64,000 nucleotides of DNA from contig CAWDLH010000008.1 of the NCBI GenBank assembly GCA_963803135.1, positions 957,732 through 1,021,731 on the forward strand. The letters run 5' to 3'. The stretch is from an uncultured Actinomycetota bacterium (GTDB lineage: Bacteria > Actinomycetota > Actinomycetes > Mycobacteriales > CADCTP01). Shown here one piece after another: positions 1-7,268 of the stretch. How positions within the stretch are numbered: position 1 is the first letter of the stretch; every line of letters starts with the position of its first letter. The translations under genes and the position numbers were made by a program. The notes under the pieces are model-generated. The model was not told the origin of the DNA. It was given only the letters and a program-made list of their open reading frames with translations, and searched no databases.

Positions 1-471
1 GGTGCGGCTGACCACCGGGACCACCACCCACAGCACGATGAACACCGCGGCGACCCCGGCGCTGTACCAGAGCGCCGGGGTCTGCCCCAGCACCTCCTCG
101 AGGATGAACAGCACCGCGCCGAGGAGCGCGACGGCCAGGCAGGCCAGCCCGCCCAGCGCCATCCGGTGCGACACCCGGACGAGGTCGTCCTTCTGGCTGT
201 GCCGGAACACGATCCGGTGGAAGGCGACCGGCCCGACCAGCAGCGCGACCGCGCAGGCGGCGGCGAGCAGGGTCACCACGTACGTCCCGCGCTGCATCGA
301 GCTGATCGTGGTGAAGCGCTGGTTGAACACGATGGTCAGCAGGGAGGCGAACAGGATCTGCACGCCGACCTGCGCGACCCGCAGCTCCTGCAGCAGCTCG
401 CCGTAGTTGCGGTCGAGCCGCTCGGCCTCGGTCTCGTTCCGGCCGTCCGTGCCGCCTGATCGTTCGGCCAC
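1..471 (-). CDS. Conserved actinobacterial membrane protein (DUF6328-like), partial; 3' end lies beyond window start
   Basis: Not in the ORF track (no stop inside the window). My minus-strand translation from GTG at 471 reads VAERSGGTDGRNETEAERLDRNYGELLQELRVAQVGVQILFASLLTIVFNQRF..., followed by hydrophobic helices. It stays in frame to nt 1 with G/C-rich third positions. The family name is recalled, not searched. Confidence 0.6.
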   Translation of the reverse strand, partial: MAERSGGTDGRNETEAERLDRNYGELLQELRVAQVGVQILFASLLTIVFNQRFTTISSMQRGTYVVTLLAAACAVALLVGPVAFHRIVFRHSQKDDLVRVSHRMALGGLACLAVALLGAVLFILEEVLGQTPALWYSAGVAAVFIVLWVVVPVVSRT

Positions 472-528
472 GCCGCTGCCTTACCCCGCTTCGGTAAATC
501 GGATGCCCCGGCCGGCTAGCGTCGGAGC

Positions 529-1752
529 GTGCCCGTCGAGATCCGCCACCCCGTCCTGGACGAAGCCGCCGACTACCTCCGCAGCGTCAACACGGCGTTC
601 CTGCAGCCCGCGAGCCGGGACGAGCCGATGGCCCACTACTGGGCCGACGTGCTCAAGCCCGACCTCGACCGGTCCTGGGCGGCCTTCGACCGGGGCCGCG
701 CGGTCGCCAGCCTGCGCAGCCTGCCGTTCGAGGTCACCGTGCCCGGCGGCCGCACCGTCCCGGGCGACGGCGTCACGATGGTGACCGTGGCCGCGACGCA
801 CCGCCGCCGCGGGCTGCTCACCGGGATGATGAGCCGGGCCCAGCAGGACGCCAAGGACCGCGGTGACGTGGTCAGCGTGCTGATCGCGTCCGAGTGGCGC
901 ATCTACGGGCGGTACGGCTTCGGCGCGGCGACCGAGGCGGCCGAGTGGAGCGTCGACCGGCTCCGGGCCGGAGCGCCGAGCCCGCGCGGAGAGGTCGAGA
1001 TGGTCAGCGCGCAGGAGCTGCGGCTGCTCGCCCCGCCGGTGTACGACCAGGCCCGGCTGCGCCGCGCCGGCGGGCTGACCAGGCCGGAGGTCCGCTGGGA
1101 CCGGGACTTCGGCCTGCTGCGGATCGAGGGCGACTCGCGCTGGGACGGCCGCGCGACCGTGCACCGGGACGCGGACGGCGAGGTCGACGGCTACCTGCGG
1201 TGGACCGCCCGGTGGGCCGACAACGGCATGGACAACGTGTTGTCCGTGGACGAGCTGGTCGCGGCCACCGACGAGGCGTACGCGGACCTCTGGCGGTTCG
1301 CGCTGTCGGTCGACCTGATCGCGACGGTGAAGGCGGAGAGCCGGCCGGTCGAGGAGGCGCTGCCCTGGCTGGTCGCCGACGGCCGGGCGGTCCGGCAGGT
1401 CGACCGCTACGACTTCCTCTGGCTGCGGGTGCTCGACGTGCCGGCGGCGCTGACCGGGCGGGACTACCGGTCCGCCGGCCGGGTGGTGCTCGAGATCGTC
1501 GACCCGGCCGGCTACGCGGCGGGCCGGTTCGCGCTGGACGCCTCCCCCGCCGGTGCCACCTGCACGCCGACCACCGGATCGGCCGACCTGACGCTGCCGG
1601 TGACCGGGCTCGGCAGCGCGTACCTGGGCGGTCACCGGCTCGGCCTGCTCGCGGCGGCCGGCCTCGTGGACGAGCACACGCCCGGCGCCGTCGCCACCGC
1701 CGACCGGCTGTTCGGCGCCGACCGCGCGCCGTGGTGCACCCTGCACTTCTGA
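529..1752 (+). CDS. GNAT-family N-acetyltransferase, Eis-like (GNAT core plus long C-terminal extension)
   Basis: 407-aa ORF. It has a GNAT acetyl-CoA motif region (VTMVTVAATHRRRGLLTGMM) followed by a ~250-aa extension, as in Eis-type enzymes. Confidence 0.8.
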   Translation: MPVEIRHPVLDEAADYLRSVNTAFLQPASRDEPMAHYWADVLKPDLDRSWAAFDRGRAVASLRSLPFEVTVPGGRTVPGDGVTMVTVAATHRRRGLLTGMMSRAQQDAKDRGDVVSVLIASEWRIYGRYGFGAATEAAEWSVDRLRAGAPSPRGEVEMVSAQELRLLAPPVYDQARLRRAGGLTRPEVRWDRDFGLLRIEGDSRWDGRATVHRDADGEVDGYLRWTARWADNGMDNVLSVDELVAATDEAYADLWRFALSVDLIATVKAESRPVEEALPWLVADGRAVRQVDRYDFLWLRVLDVPAALTGRDYRSAGRVVLEIVDPAGYAAGRFALDASPAGATCTPTTGSADLTLPVTGLGSAYLGGHRLGLLAAAGLVDEHTPGAVATADRLFGADRAPWCTLHF

Positions 1753-1762
1753 CCGGAAAGGC

Positions 1763-1798
1763 TTGACAAGCTTTGTTTCGAAAGTTGTACTTCGAAAC
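1763..1798 (+). promoter_or_regulatory. Putative promoter/operator of the ArsR-type regulator (probable leaderless transcript)
   Basis: AT-rich island in GC-rich DNA. TTGACA lies at 1763-1768. An imperfect inverted repeat GTTTCGAAAG-N5-CTTCGAAAC (1775-1798) ends directly at the ATG at 1799, leaving no room for an SD. Confidence 0.45.
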
Positions 1799-2392
1799 AT
1801 GTCTTCCGAACGACGCCACCTCACCTCGCCGACCGAGCTGCGCGCGCTGAGCCACCCGACCCGGCTCACCCTGCTCACGCTGCTCGACGAGGAGGGACCG
1901 CTGACCGCCACCGAGGCCGGTGAGCGGATCGGCGAGTCCCCCGCGAACGCCTCGTTCCACCTGCGGACGCTGGCCAGGTACGGCTACGTCGAGGAGGCGC
2001 CCGGCGGTCGCGGCCGGCAACGGCCGTGGCAGGTCGTGCGGCGGGCCAACGACATCCCGGGCGACGAGCTGACGGCGGAGGCGAAGCTGGCCGCCGACGC
2101 GCTGCTGGAGCTGATCCGGGAGCGCGACAACGACCGGCTGCGGGCGTACGCCCGGACCCGCGGCGACTACCCCGAGCAGTGGCGCGCGGCGGCGACCGAG
2201 ATGCGGATGTCGCTGCACCTCACCGCCGCCGAGCTGGCCGAGCTGGGCGGGCGGATCGAGGAACTGCTGCAGCCCTACGTCGAGGGCACCGCGGGTGACG
2301 ACCGCCGGCCCGGCACCGCGCCGGTCGCCTTCGGGCTGTTCGCCGTGCCGACCAGGCTGCCCGCCGACCAGGACGAGGGAGACGTGCGATGA
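1799..2392 (+). CDS. ArsR-family winged-helix transcriptional regulator
   Basis: LRALSHPTRLTLLTLLDEEGPLTATEAGERIGESPANASFHLRTLARYGYVEE is a typical ArsR HTH. I prefer the ATG at 1799 over the track's TTG at 1763, which lies in the promoter-like island. There is a 4-nt overlap with the downstream MFS gene. Confidence 0.85.
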   Translation: MSSERRHLTSPTELRALSHPTRLTLLTLLDEEGPLTATEAGERIGESPANASFHLRTLARYGYVEEAPGGRGRQRPWQVVRRANDIPGDELTAEAKLAADALLELIRERDNDRLRAYARTRGDYPEQWRAAATEMRMSLHLTAAELAELGGRIEELLQPYVEGTAGDDRRPGTAPVAFGLFAVPTRLPADQDEGDVR

Positions 2393-3624
2393 CCGCCGTG
2401 CTGCGCAACCGCAACCTGAGGATCTTCCTCGGGATGGACGTGCTGTCGCTGACCGGCAGCAGTGCCCTCTGGCTCGCGCTGGGGATCTGGGTGAAGACGC
2501 TGACCGGCAGCACCGCGGCCGCCGGCATGGTGATCTTCGCGATCCTCGCCCCGCCGGTGCTGCTCGCGCCGGTCGCCGGGATGCTCGTCGACCGGGTCCG
2601 CCGCCGCCCGCTGCTGGTCGTGGTCAACCTGGCCAGCGCGGCCGCGGTCACGCTGCTGCTGCTGGTCCGCGACGGCGACCAGCTCTGGCTGATCTACGCG
2701 GTGGGTGCGCTGTACGGCGGGTCCTGGGCGCTGCTGCGCTCCGCCCAGTCGGCGCTGCTGCGCACGCTGGCGACCGACCCCGACCAGCTGCTGGCCGCGA
2801 ACGGCGCGCTGCAGACGGCCGCCGCGCTGTCCCGGCTGCTCAGCCCGGTCGCCGGCGCCGGGCTCTACGCGGTGGTCGGCCCGCACTCGGTCGTGCTGCT
2901 CGACGCGGCCACGTTCGTGGTCGCGGCCGGCGGGCTGCTGCTGATGCGGGTCACCGAGCCGGCCCCGGCGCCGGCCGACGGGCACTGGCGGGCCGAGGTG
3001 GCGGCCGGCCTGACCCACCTGCGCCGCACGGTGGTGCTCCGCCAGATCGTCGCCGCGGTCGCGCTGGCGATGCTGGTGATCGGCTTCATCGAGGTGATCA
3101 TGTTCGCGGTCGTCGACCAGGGACTGCACCGCTCCCCCGCGTTCCTCGGCGTGCTCGACCTCGGCTTCGGCGCGGGGTCGGTCGCCGGCGGGCTGCTCGC
3201 CGCCGCCGTGGTCCGCCGACTCGGCGCGGGCCACGCGGTCACCGCCGGGCTGGCCACGATCGCCGTCGGGGACCTGCTGCTCATGGTGCCGGTCGGCGTG
3301 GTCGCGGTGCTCGGGCTGGTGCTGATCGGGCTGGGCGTGCCCCCGGTGGTCGCCGGCATGTCGACCACGCTGCAGCTGCTCACCCCGATGCACCTGCAGG
3401 GCCGGACGTTCTCGGCCGTCGACGTCGTGGTCAGCACGCCGCAGAGCCTGTCGATCGCGCTCGGCGCGGCGCTGGCCGCGGTCGTCGACTTCCGGATCCT
3501 GGTCGCGGCGATGACGGTCGGGATCCTGCTCGCCGCGGCCTGGCTCGGCACCCGGCCCGAGCAGCGCCGCCGGCCCGCCCCGCTCCCCGACCCGGCCGGT
3601 CCGGTTCCCGTCGCGGCCGCCTGA
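2389..3624 (+). CDS. MFS transporter (EntS-like exporter type)
   Basis: 411 aa, about 12 hydrophobic helices, with an MFS loop motif (VAGMLVDRVRRRP). ATGA overlap with the ArsR gene suggests a regulator/efflux pair. Confidence 0.85.
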   Translation: MTAVLRNRNLRIFLGMDVLSLTGSSALWLALGIWVKTLTGSTAAAGMVIFAILAPPVLLAPVAGMLVDRVRRRPLLVVVNLASAAAVTLLLLVRDGDQLWLIYAVGALYGGSWALLRSAQSALLRTLATDPDQLLAANGALQTAAALSRLLSPVAGAGLYAVVGPHSVVLLDAATFVVAAGGLLLMRVTEPAPAPADGHWRAEVAAGLTHLRRTVVLRQIVAAVALAMLVIGFIEVIMFAVVDQGLHRSPAFLGVLDLGFGAGSVAGGLLAAAVVRRLGAGHAVTAGLATIAVGDLLLMVPVGVVAVLGLVLIGLGVPPVVAGMSTTLQLLTPMHLQGRTFSAVDVVVSTPQSLSIALGAALAAVVDFRILVAAMTVGILLAAAWLGTRPEQRRRPAPLPDPAGPVPVAAA

Positions 3625-3638
3625 CCGTACGCCGGCGG

Positions 3639-4604
3639 TCAGCCGACGGGCGTACGGGCCGGCTGCACCGGAGCCGGCACCAGGGCCGGCACCGGCTCGA
3701 CCTGACCGACCGGGGCCCGCACGTCGGCGCTCGCGAGGAACTGCCGCATCGTGCGTTCCACGCCGTAGCGGCGCCGGAGCAGCAGGAACACGATGAACGC
3801 GGGGATGCCGAAGAAGGTCTGGGCCGGCACCACGAAGTTGTTGTTCCCGCGGGTCACCGCGTCGAGCACCAGCGGTGCCAGCCCGGGGCCGAGTGACCCG
3901 AACACGACCACCACCGCCAGCGCGGCCCGCCACGCCGCCGGCCCGTACGCCTTGAGCGCGGCGATCGTGTAGAGCGCGTACACCAGCAGGTCGCCGATGC
4001 CGATGTTGGCGTTGTAGATGCCGAGCCGCATCCCGATCGACGGGTCGAGCGGGTAGCCGATGAAGGCGTCGGCGAGCAGCGGCGTCAACGGGATGAACAC
4101 GCTGAACGTGAGGTCGTAGCCGGCCAGGAACAGGGCGAACCACGCGACGTGCCGCAGCTGCATGCCGCCCTGCACGTACAGGTTGGCGACCGCGGACGCG
4201 CCCAGCAGCACGATCACGCTGGTCTCCGCCCAGTAGAACTGCCAGCCTCCGACGGTGCCGAGGGAGGTCCGGGCGACCCAGATGTTCACCCCGATGAGCA
4301 GGCCGATCGCGGTCCACAGCAGGGCCGGCCGCAGCACCGGCCGGTAGCCGATCGACAGCGAGGCGACGAACGTGAGCACCAGGAACGTGGTCAGCGCCCA
4401 GTGCGGCAGCACCAGGTAGAGCACCGGCAGCGTGACGATGAAGACGAACAGCACCACCACGTCGCGACCGTTGAACGTGCCGACCGCCGGCCGCTCCAGC
4501 CGGATCCGGCGCAGGTAGCCGGTGGCGAGCAGGCAGGTCGCGACGGCGCCGATCAGCACGACCAGGACCTGGACGAGCGTCTGCGGGACCAGCAGGTCGA
4601 CCAT
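3639..4604 (-). CDS. Polytopic (~9-TM) membrane protein with YD and GxGD motifs; candidate presenilin/SPP-like intramembrane aspartyl protease
   Basis: 321 aa. GAGGAG SD in the 12-nt gap after the ligase stop. About 9 hydrophobic segments. AGYD(164)LTF lies in predicted TM6, NIGIGD(205)LLVY in TM7 and VVPAQTF in TM9. That a CDS exists is near certain; the family call rests on motifs only. Confidence 0.55.
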   Translation of the reverse strand: MVDLLVPQTLVQVLVVLIGAVATCLLATGYLRRIRLERPAVGTFNGRDVVVLFVFIVTLPVLYLVLPHWALTTFLVLTFVASLSIGYRPVLRPALLWTAIGLLIGVNIWVARTSLGTVGGWQFYWAETSVIVLLGASAVANLYVQGGMQLRHVAWFALFLAGYDLTFSVFIPLTPLLADAFIGYPLDPSIGMRLGIYNANIGIGDLLVYALYTIAALKAYGPAAWRAALAVVVVFGSLGPGLAPLVLDAVTRGNNNFVVPAQTFFGIPAFIVFLLLRRRYGVERTMRQFLASADVRAPVGQVEPVPALVPAPVQPARTPVG

Positions 4605-4616
4605 CGGGATCTCCTC

Positions 4617-6029
4617 CTACGCCTTCGTCGTCGTGAAGCTGGTCTCGACCAGGTCGGCGCGCACGGTGCGCAGCTCCCGGCCGTCGGTGTCGACCGGGTG
4701 CAGCTCGACGTCCAGGCCGCGGTCGGCGAGGTGTTGCCGGGTCGCCGCCGCGCCGAACCCGTGCAGGGCACTCGCGGGCACGCTCAGGTGCAGCCGGCCG
4801 TCGACGACGGCGCCGCGGAACCGGGCCGGGTACGGCGCGGTCGGCAGCGCCTCCCAGGCCTCGACGAGCTCGCGCGGGGTGACGACACCGGCCGCCGTGC
4901 GGTACTGGCCGCCGGCCTTGCCGAGGATGGCCGAGGTGGCCGGGATCGCGGCGAGCTCGCAGTCCGGCGGCTCGACCAGCGTGCGGACCAGGTCCCGGGT
5001 GTCGTAGCGCAGCACCGGCATGCAGTCCCGGTACGGGAAGTAGGGCGTGACGACGAGCGTGCCCAGCTCGCCCGGCCCGGCCGGCCCCGAGCCGTCGAGC
5101 GCGAGCACCTCGACCAGGCCCATGTTGAGGTCCGGGTGCAGGTGACCGAGCGAGCAGCTGCGCCCGCTGACCGGCAGCACCTCGGTCATCGCGAACGTGT
5201 CGTTGACCAGCTCCAGCCCGAAGGTGGCGCGGGCCGCGACCGACAGTGCCGGCGACAGCACCTCGCCGCCCACGTCGGCGCGGCGCAGCGCGAAGTCCGC
5301 CGGGCCGAGACCCCGGCGGCGGGCGGCGTTGACCAGCTCGGCCAGGTACGACGGGTAGGTGGCGAGCATCGTCGGGCCCCGGTCCAGCAAGGAGTCGAGG
5401 CTCTCGTCGGGCGGCAGCACGCCGAGCACGCGGCTGCGCGCGCCGACCAGCCGGCACAGGGTCACGTCCTGCTGCACGGCGGCGGTCGCCCGCGAGCTGA
5501 TGTTGACCTGCATGCAGTCGTCCGGGCCGATCTCGCCGCGCAGCAACCCCGACAACGCCGCCATCGCCGGCCACAACTCGACCTCGTACGCGGACAACCA
5601 CACCTCGGCCGGCCGCCCGGTCGTCCCGGTCGTGCGGGTGGACATCACCGGCTCGACGCCGCGGCAGCGGAACTCCTCCGGGCGTGCCTGGAGCTCCGCC
5701 TTCGTGGTCACCGGCACCGCCGGCAGCGCCGGCGCGGTGAGCCGGGCGGGGTCCACGCCGGCCGAGGCGAAACGCTCGGCGTAGAACGGGGACAGCTCGG
5801 CCAGCCGCCGCGCGGTCCGGCGCACCGACCGGTCGGTGAACTCCTGCCTGGCCTCCGGGTCGGCGAAGGGGCCGTCGGTCAGCTGCTGGACGTCCGCGCC
5901 CGGCGTGCCGAACTCGGCCAGGGTGGCGCGGGCGTCGACGACGAGCTTCTGCACGGTCGCCGGGTCTATCCGCCGGCCCCACACCATCGCCATCGCCATC
6001 CGGAACTGCCGAAGCCCGGTCTCGAACAT
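4617..6029 (-). CDS. PaaK / coenzyme F390 synthetase-family adenylate-forming ligase
   Basis: STRTTGTTGRPAEVW (P-loop-like TSGTTG motif), FAMTE (YGxTE-like) and LRYDTRDLV (cf. PaaK RYRTRDL). I place the start at ATG 6029 (MFETGLRQF...) with GGAGA 4 nt upstream. The track's 6128 start adds an Arg/Gly-rich head. Confidence 0.8.
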   Translation of the reverse strand: MFETGLRQFRMAMAMVWGRRIDPATVQKLVVDARATLAEFGTPGADVQQLTDGPFADPEARQEFTDRSVRRTARRLAELSPFYAERFASAGVDPARLTAPALPAVPVTTKAELQARPEEFRCRGVEPVMSTRTTGTTGRPAEVWLSAYEVELWPAMAALSGLLRGEIGPDDCMQVNISSRATAAVQQDVTLCRLVGARSRVLGVLPPDESLDSLLDRGPTMLATYPSYLAELVNAARRRGLGPADFALRRADVGGEVLSPALSVAARATFGLELVNDTFAMTEVLPVSGRSCSLGHLHPDLNMGLVEVLALDGSGPAGPGELGTLVVTPYFPYRDCMPVLRYDTRDLVRTLVEPPDCELAAIPATSAILGKAGGQYRTAAGVVTPRELVEAWEALPTAPYPARFRGAVVDGRLHLSVPASALHGFGAAATRQHLADRGLDVELHPVDTDGRELRTVRADLVETSFTTTKA

Positions 6030-6087
6030 GCCGTCTCCAGGGAATCCGTCTCGGTCGTTGAGTGGGCCGGCGCCCGTCGCGCTGCCC

Positions 6088-6116
6088 CCGGCCGGCCGCA
6101 GGCCGCGGCTGGCCGG
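6088..6116 (-). other. GC-rich stem-loop between micro-ORF and ligase gene
   Basis: Minus strand CCGGCC-A-GCCGC [GGCCT] GCGGC-C-GGCCGG gives 11 bp with one A.C mismatch. No U-tract follows. Confidence 0.4.
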
Positions 6117-6144
6117 CGCGGCGGGCACCGGCCCCCCGTGCGGC

Positions 6145-6237
6145 TCAGGAGCCGCCGGCGCAGGCCGCGAACAGCACGGCGGTGAGCGAACCCATGGCGT
6201 ACCGGGCGTGCTTGACGGTGCTCTTGAAAGCGGACAT
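6145..6237 (-). CDS. 30-codon micro-ORF: signal-peptide-like / single-TM peptide MSAFKSTVKHARYAMGSLTAVLFAACAGGS
   Basis: GAGAGGAGG lies 5 nt upstream of the ATG. 27 of 29 codons after the ATG end in G/C. Basic N-region, hydrophobic core, and LFAAC resembling a lipobox. Located directly upstream of the ligase gene on the same strand. Confidence 0.55.
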   Translation of the reverse strand: MSAFKSTVKHARYAMGSLTAVLFAACAGGS

Positions 6238-6317
6238 GACGACCTCCTCTCGACACTGTCGGCGGGACGGAGCCGGCGGCGACGGTCGCGACTGCGCCCC
6301 CGCCGGGGTCTGCGCTG

Positions 6318-6740
6318 CTAGGAGTCGGTGACCGTCACGGTTACGGTCATCTCCGGGTGCAGCGAGCACGTCACGTGGTACGTGCCGGGGGTGTTCCACG
6401 TCGCTGTCGTGTACGTCTGCCCCGACTCGCTCAGGAAGGCGCCGCGGGCGCCGAGCGACGGGGCTCCGGGCTCGGACGTGATCCGGCCGTCCTCGCCCGG
6501 CCCGATCACGTGCAGCCATCGGGAGTCGTTGACGAACGTGAGGGTGTCGCCCGTGCCGATGGTCACGGCGGGGTAGTCGCCGGATTTCACCTGGGCCGTG
6601 GCGGTGTCCGGCACGGCGAAGGCCTCGTGTTCCATCCCGACCGTCCCGGCCGGCGCGCGAGCCGGCCCGGCGGTCACCGTCGGCACCACGGCGCCGGCCA
6701 CCAGAAGCGGCACGGCGAGGAGAAACCGGGGCACGGACAC
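6318..6740 (-). CDS. Secreted cupredoxin (type-1 copper, amicyanin/plastocyanin-like)
   Basis: Signal peptide VSVPRFLLAVPLLVAGAVVPTVTAGPARA. Copper ligands FVNDSRWLH...YHVTCSLHPEM (H...C-x2-H-x2-M). I place the start at GTG 6740, preceded by GGGAGGG; the track's 6791 start is less likely. Confidence 0.8.
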   Translation of the reverse strand: MSVPRFLLAVPLLVAGAVVPTVTAGPARAPAGTVGMEHEAFAVPDTATAQVKSGDYPAVTIGTGDTLTFVNDSRWLHVIGPGEDGRITSEPGAPSLGARGAFLSESGQTYTTATWNTPGTYHVTCSLHPEMTVTVTVTDS

Positions 6741-6869
6741 GGAACCCTCCCAAGGCGCAGGTTGTCCACCAACACCGGCCGAAGGGGGCAATCTCCGTGC
6801 GGTAGCTGAGAGTGTTGGCTCGGGCGCTGGGGGCTGTCAATGTCGCGCGAGCAAAGGTGCCCTAAGAGA

Positions 6870-6961
6870 CTGTGGACAGCGCATCCGTCCACAGCCGTTC
6901 GGCGCAGTTCACCCCAAGCTGAGACAAGGGCGCGCCAAGGACCCTTTGTCCGGTCCGGACA
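6870..6961. promoter_or_regulatory. Two perfect palindromes in the lower-GC region upstream of the cupredoxin gene
   Basis: CTGTGGAC-N9-GTCCACAG (6870-6894) and TGTCCGG-T-CCGGACA (6947-6961). Function unknown: operator, or terminator of the SPFH operon. Confidence 0.25.
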
Positions 6962-7044
6962 GCCGGTACGGCAGGCCGCATCCGGACCGTTCTCGGTCAC
7001 GTCCCGGCGCACCGGGCGCCGGCGGCGCCGGCTCGGGCCGGCTC

Positions 7045-7268
7045 GGACCGGCCCGTTCCCGGGCCGGCCCGTTCCCGGGCCGGCCCGTTCTCGGCCGGCC
7101 CGGCGCGGTCGCCGGCTCCGGCCGGCTCGGGCCGGGTCGGCTCGGCGCGGTCGCTGGCTGGGGCCGGGTCGGCTCGGCGCGGTCGCCGGCTCCGGGCCGG
7201 CTCGGGCCGGGTCGGCTCGGCGCGGTCGCTGGCTGGGGCCGGGTCGGCTCGGCGCGGTCGCTGGCGGG
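7045..7268. repeat. Composite GC-rich tandem repeats abutting the SPFH stop codon
   Basis: A 16-nt unit GG(A/G)CCGGCCCGTTC(C/T)C occurs x3 (7045-7092). A ~75-nt unit (GGCGCGGTCGCCGGCTCCGGCCGGCTCGGGCCGGGTCGGCTC + GGCGCGGTCGCTGGCTGGGGCCGGGTCGGCTC) occurs x2 plus a partial copy (7102-7268). Confidence 0.8.

Noticed and set aside
2275-5982. 1235-aa ORF, and similar giants (29257..32073, 30738..33863, 48352..51144, 51686..54613, 54714..57173, 60500..63484 upstream part, 6840..9149).
   Set aside because: Their translations are Arg/Pro/Gly/Ala low-complexity strings. They run antisense or out of frame to clearly recognisable genes, which is the expected stop-codon scarcity of very high-GC DNA.
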